DNA from: Vermamoeba vermiformis
Lineage: Eukaryota
Assembly: GCA_045837725.1 (NCBI GenBank)
Contig: JBEWZL010000127.1
Coordinates: 186,001 to 250,000 of the forward strand
DNA length: 64,000 nucleotides
Direction of reading: 5' to 3'
The position numbers were made by a program, and so were the translations under genes. Positions 23,287 to 36,635 of the stretch are shown here, in pieces; position 1 is the first letter of the stretch, and every line of letters starts with the position of its first letter. The notes beneath the pieces were generated by a model. It saw only the letters and a program-made list of their open reading frames with translations, was not told where the DNA came from and did no database searches.

Positions 23287-25555
23287 TTACATCGCAATGT
23301 TGGCGAAATTGATTCGCGCCAAGAATTCTTTTGCAGATTGCACGTAGATATTGTTTCCTGCATAAAGTTGAACCTTTGGATAGATAATGCTAAAAGCGAC
23401 CACTGACTCTTTAGTCCAATTGCAACCTTCGATATGAAGCTCAAATCCAGTTTTGTTCGTCAAAATATCGCGAGCGGTACGAGATCCAACCAGCTCTTGA
23501 ATATCAACCGCAAAACAAAACGACACGTCGATCGATGTCAAGCGCGGGCAACTGGATAAAAGCTCTATCACTCTGCGACTGTTCATGCCCCCATTACGAG
23601 AAATGTTCAGACGCTGAAAAAAACCAATTAGTATCTCATCTGGATCGATCGAAAGTGACCACTTGACATGTGTCAAAGAGGATCCGGCGTTTTGGTTCAT
23701 GTGCTTACCTCAAGGTTAGGCAATCTTTGGCATATTTGCACAATGTGGTGCTGATCGATTCCGCAGTTGCTCAAGTCCAGCTCTTTGATAGAAGTGGGCA
23801 ATCGCATGATCATGTTGTTGCGCGTGATCCACGGACAATTCGACACAGAGAGCTTCTCAAGGCCATATGAGAACGACAAGCAATCTAAATGAAAATAAAT
23901 ATTAATACTTGTACTTGAATAAAATGCAGCTTTTAAGAGCTGGTTTGGACTTACCTAAATATTTACAAAAGTTGCTGAAGCCCTTGCTGGCGATATTTAC
24001 AGATTTCAAATTATTTGTCGAATTGTAGTCGAATGTGGCCTCTGCTACGACTGCATCCTTCATATCAGGACCGTGAGCTGATTCGAGCACCTCCAGGTTA
24101 GGGAACACTCGAAGAATGTGATGCGGATCGACCAAAGTATTGTTGATAGTTAGTTCGCGGACGTTTGGCTGAATATTGAATTATTAGCGAATTGTTCAAA
24201 AATCTCGTAAATCTGGATCCGAATTAGTGCACATTTATTCCAAAAAAGGATAATTTTGAATAGTGAATTCGGACTAAAAATTAATTCTTTCGGGCATATC
24301 GGTAAACGTTTCTCCGATACGAAATTATAATAATAATGTATACAGCCATAAAATTAACTTACGAGATAATAGCCTTGGTTTGCCATAAATTGAAAGTCTT
24401 TTTGCACTTGCAAACCTGAAGCATCCAGCACTCGCAGTTGTTGAAGTCCATCTTGAAACAATTCAGCGAGTACTAGACGGTCTTCATTTAAGGTCCAGCA
24501 GTCAGCGATATTCAGATCTTCGAGATCTTGGCATGAATCGGTAATGTCGAGTAATTCGGCATAGGTTATGCTGGTTTGAGCCAGATTCAATTTCTTCATT
24601 TTCTTGCATTGACTAATGACTGAAAAGCCTAATAGAATAGCATCAGTATCGCGATTGAACCGGATTTCAAATTTGTTCTACGAACGATCGGATCCCAGAC
24701 TTACACTTTCTCAGTTCCTCAGCACCTTGCAATTCTAAGTGAGTCAATTGAGGGCCCATTTGAGTGATAATAGACGTAAAATCAATATTGCTTAATGACG
24801 GCATGCACAAACTCAACTTCTGGATGTGGTTGAATTTTGAGAGCTTCGCGGTCGAGGCGCAACAGACGGAATATTGAGGCATGCGAATATGGAGCGATGT
24901 CAATTTTGAAGCTAGAAAATCAGAATCGTTAGTACTGAGTTTTGGATCTGGGTCTGCCCCATGATTGTACTGCATAAAAATGCAATAGAATAGAGATAAT
25001 TCACCATAATGAAGGCGAATATAATTGTACCCGAGGCCTATAATACATCTATGAAGAAGGTACTTACATTTAGTCTCTAGGAACTGCATGACATCCGCTG
25101 AAAGAGAGGTCAACAAATCGATGGAATTCATCTCAGCATGGTCCAAAGAGCGCGGATGTTTCCTGCAATATTTGTTAGTTATGAGTGATGAAGTCGTTGA
25201 CAGCCAGTGCAAACTAGATCTTGATTTGGATCCGATCCATGTGACATAATATTATGACACATTGACATCGGCCAAAATTAGAACTGCCATTTTGCCTTGG
25301 TCACCGGACAATGTTTTTACTCGGACCGTATTAAAATTTGGAATCGTACCTGATGATTGTGTCCATAATATCGCTCGGTATCCTCTTGTTGCCGTAGATC
25401 TCGATTTGATTCGCTTGCATAATTGAAACGAATTTTGCAATATTCTCTTGCACTCCTTGTTGAATTTGACTTTGGCTTAGATACTGATATTGCGAGTAGA
25501 ATTCTGTAGGGTAATAACTATTAGTAAGATTGTCCGCCAAGATTCCATGTAACTG
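23287..25555 (-). CDS. RNI-like/F-box-type leucine-rich repeat protein (3' part of a larger locus)
   Basis: Multiple exons with Cys-containing LRRs (LEDLNIADC, LEKLSVSNCPWI, IKELDLSNC, LTSIDVSFC). Start codon uncertain. Confidence 0.7.
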
Positions 25556-25619
25556 AAACGCGATCCGAATTATTTTTAAAATTAAATCGTTTAGTAATAA
25601 AGTTTAAACTAAAAGTGGG

Positions 25620-28253
25620 TTCTAAACGAGATCATAACCTCGCGTTAGTAAGTTCTATTTAAGTCGTATTGAACGAAGAAATTTCCGTTCCAACGCGTGG
25701 ATGTTGGCGTGGATGAGGAACGGGATATTTATACTTATTTAGAAGTTGAATAATGTACTTGATCCGCTTACCTAATATTATCGATAGCAGTCTAATCCAA
25801 GTAGTTCTCTTGTTCTTTTGGTCCATCAAAAGCTTCATGATCTGCATTCCGAACTGAATACTCGGTATGAAATGAGCATGTGTTGAATAAGGAGCTTCGA
25901 CAAGCCAGTGATAATACTTCTCGGACTCTATGAACGCAATCGATTAAATTATGAAAATTAATTAACGTTACAAATGTCAAAAATAATCTGTGCGACAGTA
26001 CCACATCAATGCATCGAACGATGCGAATTGAATCGGCATATCTTTAATTCGTTAAATAATGTGTATAATTAAAGTTTGCTGTCGATAATAATTATTAAAA
26101 AGCACTCTGCGCCCGTTATTGCGAATGTACGAGTTTCAGGATAAAAGTCATCAAGTCGACAGTTAACCAATTAATTCTGTCTCAAATTATCTAATTTAAT
26201 TGCGTGCATACTTTAATGTATTTGAATATCAAATTTGGGGCAATAAGCGACGAGTTGAATAAAATGGAAATCTGTCCAAACCGTTCGATTCGCAATTGAG
26301 CATATGGATTTTGTTATTAAGTGTTGAATAGCTTACCAATAGGTGCAAGAGCCACGTCAGCAAACAAGACAAAGTCGATCCAAGAGAGTTGATGGGATTG
26401 AGTGCGCACTCGCCAATCACTTGTGTGCAAGAAGTGGTACGTCTCAGTGACCCATTTCTCGCGCCAGTCGTGCAATTGTTCAGCCGATAACCGTTCCCCT
26501 GTAATTAAGCTTCAGTACGAGGTATATTAAACATAGAATTTCAGATCCAGAATGGCGCCAAAAAACGCGTCGGCTTAGTAACAGCAAAAGACCTAGTTAT
26601 TCTTGTAGTTATGTACTTACGCATATCTTTGATGAGATTAATCATCGATCCGTTGTCTAAAATGATGTCGGACTTTGCTGCTTTGAAGATCGCTTGAATG
26701 CTCGTGTCCATCAAGGCCTGACTGATCCAAGTCTGCGATGCAGTAAAAGAGGCCAAAACTGCAAAGTACTTGATCAATTTGAACGTGCAAGGGGACTTGT
26801 ACTCTCGAATGACTTCGAGCTCCATAAAGAGGGCCGTGATCCATCTTTGCAAAACGTGATCTCGTTCATTCAGAATAGGGCTGGAAAGAGACCTTGTCAG
26901 TACGTCGTCACTAAATTTTAAAAGACCTCGCGCGAGCTTGTGAAATATTGTAAATTTATTAAATGAAATCGCATCTGGCATTCAGATCGGTTGGGTCCTG
27001 AGCGATGTCAGATGCGCTTGCGAAAAGTAAATTGCTGAAAATAACCTCAAAATGACGTATTTCTTAAAAAGCATATTTAGGATTCAAACAGGAGGTATCC
27101 AAATTGATGATTTGTGATGTCAGAGCTGTTACGGATGATTCCTTATCGATAAGCGGAACAATTGTGTCACCAATTTACTTAATTTTAAAATAATTTTGCA
27201 TACGCGTGTGGCTGGAGATCTTCGCGTGATTAATTGTCCCCACTTTAGGGTCATAATAAGGGTATTTTTTGACGGTATCAAAAGAAATTTTTGAAGGGCT
27301 TACCTTTTTAGTGCATCTGAAATGATCTCCGACAGATGATCGACAGCATAGACGTCTTGAAGGGTCGCAAACGCATCTACTAAAGCATGGATGTTTACGA
27401 GTATCCACTGTCTGAAGTTTGTGTCCTCTGCAATAAGATCTCGTCAGAAAATAGTCGTATCAAATCGCAGTTAAATTTCCGTGTACCTCTGTTGTAGAAC
27501 AGAACCTCCACAAACTGAGGATCGATTTTGCCTTGACATCTCGCGAGCTCGTCAGCGATGTTGACTGTTTGCGGTTGAGGATAATGTAGCGAATCCGCGC
27601 TGTGATCTGAGGGAGCAAAACTTGATTCTTCGTGCTCAGATTCAGGTTCTGTCTCCCATTCCAAGTGGTAAATCTCCGAAGTATCAGCTTGCACGACGTC
27701 TATAGTTTGTTCTGTATTTTCATGAGAAGTTAGATGGTTTTTTCAGAGTTTGTCTGTTGCTTACCTGCTAAGGACTCAACGGGCTCTTTATCTTTTAACG
27801 TACGGCCGTTATGCTTGAGAACATGTCCATCAAGTGTTAGACCTAAAGGAAAAGGTAAATATGCGATCGCATCCACGATGATAAGCATTGCAACTATTTT
27901 TATGATGGACGTCTATGGATACTGAAAAGCGGAATATGTGTTGAATCGGATATAATTACCTGTTCTATATTGCAGAGCATGTTTTAAGTCCTTCACAGAG
28001 CTTGATCTTGTCAGATTAACGGCGACTCGAGGAAAAGGGCCAACATTGAAATAAATAGAAATCAACTAAATCAAGAAATACATTAATGATCGGCCAAGAT
28101 TATATGTAATTAATTCTTGGATATTATCAAAAGGGTTGATTTAATAATTTCGCGACCAAATTCTTCTTCACTTACGAGATCAGGATTGACTTTCAATCGC
28201 TTGTAAGACTCGAACTGCTCGGGGACAGAACTCGTGTCTAATTGTCTCTTCAT
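25620..28253 (-). pseudogene. Ubiquitin-like-domain gene, apparently disrupted; probable 5' half of the LRR gene
   Basis: MKRQLDTSS...; Ubl-like segment VNLTRSSSVKDLKHALQYRTGLTLDGHVLKHNGRTLKDKEPVESL. Downstream exons keep GT-AG junctions but contain in-frame stops (~27130, ~26173, ~25792, ~25655). Confidence 0.5.
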
Positions 28254-29363
28254 GGTATGAGTATTCGTTAATGCTGCAGATTAATAGGACCTGGTGCCCA
28301 GTCTATAAACAAATCTGCTTCGGTCGTTGTGTTCCCAATTTAACCTCGCAAACGAATGGCTTCATTTGCCGCAATGTATTTATGTCTTCGGATGTGCTCC
28401 TGTCCTTGTTGTTTGAAAATTTGTGCTGTTGAAGGAAAAAATCATTGAGCTGTGAATCGTCAGAAACCCAGCAGAAATTTCAAAACCGCATCCGTGAACA
28501 CCCGACGCGCAATTTGCCGCGAGCTCCCGAGAAATGTGTTCCAGCGTCAACCTATGTTCGTCATGTCGGGCATTGTATCCGCATGTCACCGCGTCATCGC
28601 ACCAATTTATGTTGGAGGATCCCGTAAAGAGAGACAACCGATCCAGTATTGGGACAATTTTCTAGCAAAGCAGCTACCACCTAATGTAATATGGGTTACG
28701 AGGACGTCCAATGCATTGATATTATGATTTTTACCAAATGAGGCAAAAGGCATCCGGGATCACAAACCTATGACTTCTGCTGTTTGAAGCTGTAGAACTT
28801 TTTGCTTGCAAGTTCTAAACACTGTGCACAAAAAGTTCCGGTTTCATGATAAAAACAGTGAAATCAACTTTCTACAAGTTTAGTTTCACGGGCACGTCCG
28901 GACGCATGCGTGAAGCAAACTTAGAACAACAAAAGGAAAATTGGTAAAAATAGAGGGAAATATTTATAAAAAATAGCTTTGCTAACCGGCGTTCGGCCAA
29001 CACCGCATCTGAAGCTTACGTAAATTAAATTTAGATTTGACTAAATATTATTCTTCCTTCGGCACGTGCCGACGTCATTCATATTAAATGTAATTTTAAA
29101 TTTTAAGAACACTGGTCGGTTGGTAAAGAAACGTGTTGTTGATCTTACTTACAGCATCAACGCCGAGGCAAGTCGCGATTATTTTTGAACACGCATTAAT
29201 CCTCTGCCAATAATTGGTTCCTCGCTACATAATCAGTTTCTATTGTTGTCGATCTCCACACAATTAAATGTTGTCTGTTGGCTGCAAGTAATTTACATGA
29301 TTATGAGGCCGATTACTAGTAATTGGCTTTACACTGTACAAGTAACATTGCTTTCTACATTAA

Positions 29364-30505
29364 TCAATGATTATTATTGTTGTTTTTGCTGGCTGATTCC
29401 TCCAAGTAGGTAGTAATCATTTTCTTCAACGCGTAGTTGGGTATCACTTCTTTGCTTTGCAATCGCGCGCCAGTCATCGGCGAGGTATTGTGAGTCTTCA
29501 GCCACTCTTCTATCGCACTTCTTTCGTACGTGTGTCCATCTTTGAGAATTACTGGATCCTTCATGATATCACAAAGTATAGGGCACAAGTACTCCTCGGG
29601 ATACTTTTCTAACGCCCTCTGCAACCTTTCTTCGAGTTCTTTATTCTTCCTCTTTAATTCTTCGAGCTCTTCGGGCTAAAAGAACGATAGTTTAGTTTGC
29701 GCAAGTGTCACGGTGAGATCACGAGTTGAAGGCACTTACGCTGTATTCGCTGCCGCTCATACTGTTATGATTGACGTTATTATTATTAGAGGCCACACTA
29801 GCATCTAGTTTCTGAGACTGGTGTCCCTTATAAACATCTATCAAGTTAATTAGAGCAGTTACAAGGTGTGTGTCAACGATATTCTTTTTAATCGCCTACC
29901 TAATTCTTTTAACTTTAATAATGCGTCCTCGAGTGAAATTTTAGTGCCAGTTATATTTTTGATGACTTGATTGCGGAATATTTCAAAGTCTTTGAGCATT
30001 TGATCGTTTTTGAAGCCTTGAGGCACGCGAGCAACGCAAACGTCCCAATCTTTCATTTTAAAAATTATTCGATGGTCGAAGTTCTTGCGGCCGTGCATTG
30101 CGTTATTAAATAAGGAAAAGGGTCTAAAACCGCTCGTTTGAGGAACGAATTTGCCCAGCACTTCTTTGCCATCTACTACAAGCAAGCATGGAATTGGTTC
30201 GACATCTTTAATATCCTTCCAACTAGTACCTCTGCATAAGAATTATAAGATTATATCATAAATAATTCGCACGTTTTTGCAATTTAACCAACGTGAAATT
30301 GAAATTAATTAGTCTTCACTGCTTTCCGCCGCTCTTTTAATAGAATATTCATTTGATTATTTTTATGCCTTTAAAAAAAATATTATCTTGCTTACTTGAC
30401 CAAAGTGAAGGCTTTGTGTGGATCGCACCAAGGGTCGGGTAGCTCAAGAGTGTTCAGAATACCGTCGTCTTTACGCTTTTCAATTGTCTTTGCGTTCTTC
30501 TCCAT
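29364..30505 (-). CDS. U-box domain E3 ubiquitin ligase
   Basis: C-terminal PEEYLCPILCDIMKDPVILKDGHTYERSAIEEWL...SPMTG..L...VIPNYALK preceded by a coiled coil. Four exons. Confidence 0.88.
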
Positions 30506-30899
30506 GTATATTGTGTCGTTATGCTAGTTTATGAACGAAAGAATTCACCCGCGCAAGCGAGAAAAACGCAGATCCTCCGAAAGATTTCTGCGGAGGACTA
30601 AAAGTATGTGTTCGAAGTTTGTAGTATTAGATTATCGTTGTTACGTCATTCATACAGCAATAGAACTATATTAGGTAATCTATCACGAGCAGATGATCAA
30701 AAAATAGCAAAAGAAGGCTGAATCGGACACGCAGATTTGGATTTTGTTTCAAAATTACTTGACAGAGGAGAATAATATTTATATAACGGCTACAATATTT
30801 GCAAATAAGATTTTATCACCAGAAAACGATGAATAATCACTCTAAGATGTATAATAATTTGAATCTCCATAATAATATTTATTTTTTAGAACAGATAGA

Positions 30900-33743
30900 A
30901 TGGCCACACCAGTGCTTGTTTTGAGTAAGTAGATTTAATATATTGTGGATATTATTTAAACTTCGGATATACATTTATTAGAGATACAAAAAATTGTTCA
31001 GATCGCATCTTGCTAAAAGATGCCCTTTAGAGTTGCATTGTTTGCTCTTTTTAATCTCATTATCGACAACAACAGCTTATTTATTGCCATTTACTTCCCC
31101 CAACACGCGTTTCATGCTCTTACTAATTTTCTCTTCCAGATGCTGGAACTAGACGCGAGTCTGGTCGCAAGGCTCAATTTGGTAACATCGCCGCCGCTAA
31201 GGTAAATTTAAAATGCAAAAATTAATACAACAACCATAAGGCATTACCAAAAATACACCCACGATCGCATCTCGCCAGTTATGGTGCCTAGTACTAATTT
31301 GCTCTACAGACCGTTGCCGATATTATCAGAACCGCCTTGGGTCCCAAGTCAATGCTTAAGATGATTTTGTCAGCCTCTGGTAAGTTGAAAAGTCAACGAA
31401 CGGTCGAGTCTCCCTAGAATGCCTCTGCTAAGACTCCCAACAACATTTAACTGCATTGTTGCGCTATTTAATTGCATGAGACTAACAAAATATTATTAGG
31501 CTCAATCGTCTTGACGAATGACGGAAACGCGATCTTGCGTGAGATTGAAGTCAGCCACCCTGCTGCTAAGAGCATGTTGGAGCTTTCTCGTGCCCAAGAC
31601 GAAGAAGTTGGCGACGGTACCACCACTGTTATTATTTTGGGTATGTACAAACAGGTGGATCTTTAGAACCGCCTCGCAAGTACGCGAAGGTCGATAATTT
31701 AGGCAACCACACTTTTACCGTCAAATACCTATGATAGCGATACTAAAACGTTATTTGTAGCCGGAGAAATGTTGGCCGCTGCTGAGCCCTGGTTGGAACG
31801 CAACACTCACCCTCGTGTCATCATCAACGGTTACACTCGCGCTTTGGATGATGCTTTGAAGCACCTCGAGGCTATTGCTGTCACCGTCGATGCTAGCGAC
31901 AAGCAAGAAATGATGAACGTTATTCAGAGCTGCTTGGGCACCAAGTGGGTGGCTCGCTATATGGATCAAATGGTCCGCATTGCCTACGACTCAGTTCGCT
32001 ATGTTTGCGTCGACAGCGCTGACAAGCGTCGCGAGATTGATATCAAGCGTTATGTCCGCGTCGAGAAGATCCCTGGTGGTGAAATTGAGGACTCTCACGT
32101 CTTCCCTGGTGTCATTTTGAACAAGGATGTCATCGATGCTAACATGCGCAGAAAGATTGAAAACCCTCGTGTCATTTTGTTGGACGGAACTTTGGAGTAC
32201 AAAAAGGTACGTGAGATTTATCATCACAACATTTAATATGCAATAAGCATTATCCATTGTTAACGGAAGTGACTTTTTTCCTTGTCGTTGGTGAGCACAT
32301 CTAACGAACTTTTTCTTGCAGAGCGAAAGTCAAACTACAGTTGAGGCCATGACCCCCGAACAATACCAACAAGTTTTATTAGAAGAAGAGCTTTTCATTA
32401 AGCGCCAATGCGACGAAATTTTGAAACACAAGCCCGATCTTGTCGTCTGCGAGAAGGGTATTTCAGATCTTGCTCAACACTACTTCAAGGTCAACGGGGT
32501 TACTGCTTTGAGAAGATTGAAGCGAACTGAAAATAACAGAATTGCCCGCACTGTTGGTGCTACTATTGTTCAACGACCGGAAGAGATCAAGGAGTCAGAT
32601 GTCGGCAAGGACTGCTCTTTGTTCGAAATTAGAAAGATTGGTGACGAGTAAGTACCCTATCTATGTATTTTGGTTGGTATAATTCGTTATGAGCACCTAT
32701 TCTGAACCATAATGAAATCCGACCAGATCGTCGCGATCTCTTATTTGGCTAAATTGTTTTAATGCGACTTCGTAATGCTTACGTCGTTGAATGATGAGAC
32801 AATCAATTATCTACTTTCGTTCTACTGAACCTATGTGAAGAACTTTAGATTCTGATCCAACGACAAATTTTCTCTCTCGATCTTTTGCTTCATTTCTTTT
32901 TTTATGCACCCTTCTTGCTAACCATACTATCCTCGCATAGGTTCTTCGCTTTTATTCAAGGAAAGAACCCCAAGGCTTGCACTATCATTTTGCGTGGTGC
33001 ATCCAAGGACGTGTTGAACGAAGTCGAGCGAAACCTTCAAGACGCTATGGCTGTTGCCCGTAACGTTATGTTGGACCCCAGATTGGTTCCTGGTGGTGGT
33101 GAGTGCTCTTTACAATAGTAAATAGAGTCGTGCTACTGCGCGCTTCAGCTGATTATCAAACCGCATCCGTTTTCTTCGCGAACCCTTGTTAACGAGGACT
33201 GTAACAATAGGTGCTAGCGAGATGTCTTGCGCCGTATACTTGGCCGAGAAGTCAAAGACCATCGCTGGTGTTGAGCAATGGCCCTACCACGCTGCCGGTT
33301 TGGCTTTGGAAGTCATCCCGCGCACTTTGATTCAAAACTGCGGTGCTGACGCTGTTCGTGTTCTCACTCAATTGAGAGTAAGTAGAGCTAATGAGATACG
33401 ATATATCTACTGCGAATACTGCTGAGGGAACATTCGTTATCTTCGTGCAGATCTTACAACTGAACTGATCGAATCTACTTAGGCTAAACACGCTGGAGGT
33501 CAAAACTCTTCTTGGGGTGTTGACGGCAACAGCGGTCAATTGGTCGACATGAAGTCACCTTCGCCTGCCTTCCCTCACGTCTGGGAACCTTTCAGCGTTA
33601 AGGCTCAAACCATCAAGACCGCCATCGAAGCTGCGTGCATGTTGTTGAAGGTTGATGATATCGTTAGTGGTATGTCGGGCAAGAAGCGAGACGGTGGTAT
33701 TCAAGAAGAGAAGATGGATCCCGCTGACATGGCAATGGAATAA
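30900..33743 (+). CDS. CCT3: T-complex protein 1 subunit gamma (chaperonin CCT3)
   Basis: TNDGNAILREI, DEEVGDGTTTVII, EIDIKRYVRVEKIPGG and EVERNLQDAM motifs. About 9 exons. Confidence 0.97.
32783..32864 (+). ncRNA. Intronic box C/D snoRNA, U59/snR54-like guide
   Basis: Terminal stem GTCGTTG/CAACGAC; box C ATGATGA (32791); guide ACTTTCGTTCT; D' CTGA (32825); C' GTGAAGA; box D CTGA (32852). Lies in the longest CCT3 intron. Confidence 0.85.
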
Positions 33744-35738
33744 GCTCTCGAAATAACAATATTTAAACCAACAAGTTCGTACGTGAGTCTCAATACTCAA
33801 TTCTCTTTGTAATAAAAGAGAATATTGTATAATCAACCCACAGAGTGTTCTTTAGATTCTTAATGCCGTTGTCATCTCTCTGCACACGAAGAGACTTTGC
33901 GCGCGCAAATTGCAACGGTCACTTTAACTTTTTTGTCTGGCTGGGTAGTTTAGTCATTTATTGCGCCACTACGCTATACCATTAAATTAATTAGTAAAAA
34001 TAATGCAATTTCCATCGCATTCAACCTCCTGTGCCAGTGCATAAAGCAGAGATTCAATTCCACCATCAACCGTCGGATTTGGCAAGTATCTGGTCTCCAT
34101 ACTAAACGTTAATAATCGTTATAAATGCAGTGCTTATTTATCAGCAGTTAAACGTTCTTTGGATGTCAATCCGCATCCCATCTTGCCTTCAAATAATCTA
34201 AACACGAGATTATCTCCAAATGCGCATTAATTAATGGTATTAATTCTTAGGTAAACAGCTGTGGACAAGGAGACTTCCCACGGGTTGGGTTGGCGTTTCA
34301 GATTCGAAGTTCATTTCAGCTCGAGCTGCAGTAAGTGTCTATTTTTCTTTAAATCTCGATCGGTCTCGTGCCCACGAGGCAGCACGCTTATACCAGGGAC
34401 AGAATTAGCAACAAAATATTAAATGGAGTTTAAAATTAGCAAGCGCTTTTATCCCGCACGCGCTTTGAATAGGAGCTAATTAGAGAGCACCATTCCCGAT
34501 AGTTTCATATTCAGTTCTGAAACTTGCCATTGACATATGCGACATTTCCTACCCTAATTGCCACTCTAACCTTAAAAAGATCTTGATCGATATACAATTT
34601 GTTTTGTTGGGTAGCGGCACAAATTCGCTTACATACCTTAAAGCTCGATCACTACAGGTTAGGCATATACTTTGTTATCGCCCATCCTGCGAATCCGCGG
34701 TTGAAACGTTACTCCGCTTTGTTTGCTTGCAAAATATACGATCGCTTTACCAAAAGATGTTGTACAAGATCGAGGTGTAGATATCCTGAAGATTCTCGCG
34801 CCAATGTTATAGAGATTTGGTCTAATCAAAAAACGTCAATCGTGGAAACATCTTAAAATATAACTTATCACAAAATTAGACCTACACAATTCAAATAAGA
34901 TTCAATAAGATTATACTTATTTGGAATATTGTAAACGATCAAAAGTGTCAGTGAGCTATTTTTGTTTTAACGGCGGAAAAGAAGGATATTTTTAGTGTAC
35001 CTGAAACTCGCGCAAAGCTTGGCTCCAGGGAAAGCTGAAACGTTAATCCATATTGCCGATAGGTCATATGAACCATCTGTTAGCGCTCACAATGCTCAAG
35101 TTTAAGCGTAGAGCTACGGGTCGCTTTAGCCGCAGTTTGAACCTTGTTTCATGAACGTTCATCGGAACAATTTACGATGTATTTTGTATCTGGCGAGTCA
35201 AGTGCTGGCATAGTATACGTGCACAAGTGACTGTAGCATTGCTGACGCTCGTTTCACTGTAGAGGAAAGTGTACCGACAGGTAGAAACATTTGTTGACGG
35301 AAAAATAGTGCCCCATGTTCTGGTGTTGCAATTAAATTTACGTTTTTTGATGCAAAATAGCGATTGTTTGATACAGACCATCTTTCAACGAGTTCTATTT
35401 TTGGTAGTTTTGGGATGAGGTAACGAAAGACTTCTCGTGTTCGCTCCAAACGCACCAATTACTTTATATTCACTGTTAATCAAATAGGGTAAATTGATAG
35501 CACCTTAGGGTTGCTATCGCTCCTTTTGGGTACGCGCAAGTTTTTTCGGTTGGCATTAACTTTCGCTACTTCGCGCTAGGAACGATCGAGGAATTAGCGT
35601 TTAACGTCTTTTATTGTTTATATAATACACTAATCTACATTTCTTATATACACCTATAATTATTAACATTGCACTATAGCACATCAGCTTAAGGAAGCTT
35701 CTATTTTACATGGAAGGCGAATTCTATCACCTTTCGCC

Positions 35739-35999
35739 TTAGACCGGCGTGCAGTGAGCAGGGCAAATGATCATTATCGTTTGAGAGTTCTTGCGGTTGC
35801 TTTTTTGCCGACGCGTCGATCTTCGAAGATTCTGCAGATCGCTTTGGCTTGGACTTTCCTGCTTGCTGTCCAAGTAACCGAACAAATTCCTCTTTGCAGG
35901 AATGACTCTAGTGGCGTCGGAGTAGGAAGCGGTGCGCGACTTATGCGATGGTTGCTTTCTAGGAGCGTTCGGGCAAACTTTGTATTCGGATGAGTTCAT
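35739..35999 (-). CDS. Small basic disordered protein with CDK-inhibitor-like motifs
   Basis: Intronless 86-aa ORF with ATG and TAA; contains CPNAPRK and KRNLFG (RxL cyclin-docking motif). Confidence 0.6.
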   Translation of the reverse strand: MNSSEYKVCPNAPRKQPSHKSRTASYSDATRVIPAKRNLFGYLDSKQESPSQSDLQNLRRSTRRQKSNRKNSQTIMIICPAHCTPV

Positions 36000-36635
36000 G
36001 GTTGGGGTTGAAATGGCTTGCTGAACGAAGGGGCGCTAGGATATTTACAAGTGACGAGTTGTGGTCCACGTCTTTGGGTCAATTTGGTTTTGACAGATAA
36101 ATTTTTCGCGAGGGTTTTGTTCGTCGCGATATTCCTCCGACGTAAATTTCAGTCAGTTACTTACGGATACACGCTATCATATTAAGAAGGTGAAAACTAG
36201 GCATTGTATTTTTCCTTTTCGCCTCATTTGGCAGCAAAGATAACGTACATCGCTCGAGTTGGAGTAATTTTCTGAACTGAAACTGGATACGAGTAAGTTG
36301 ACCCGCGATTGAATGGAATATTGAGCGTTGAGGGTTATACTCAGCTAATGTGCTGCTCTGCGTATCTATTCGGTAAACATTGCATTCTCATATGAAGATT
36401 TTGATTTAAATTATACATTTTCAGTTTTTTGGCGCCAAATTGTATCTTTCTTCTTCGAGATTTCCTAAATCGTGCGAATTTCTAGCATCGCACGCTTCCC
36501 AACGCCGTCTCGCTACGTATAGCTATACATGGTAATTATTGTCACTGCGCATTATGCTCATTTTCAAAACCAAACCTCAACTGAGCCACATCTACCAACC
36601 TGGCCACCTCAATATTCCGTCAACTGCATTCAGCG

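Noticed and set aside
28380-28848. Short ORFs on both strands
   Set aside because: Fragmentary, with stops in all frames and no recognisable motif.
32670-32726. Second snoRNA in the same CCT3 intron
   Set aside because: A weak terminal stem and one CTGA are present, but there is no recognisable box C.
33850-35500. Short ORFs or a structured RNA downstream of CCT3
   Set aside because: No coherent exon chain, conserved RNA boxes or terminal repeats were found.
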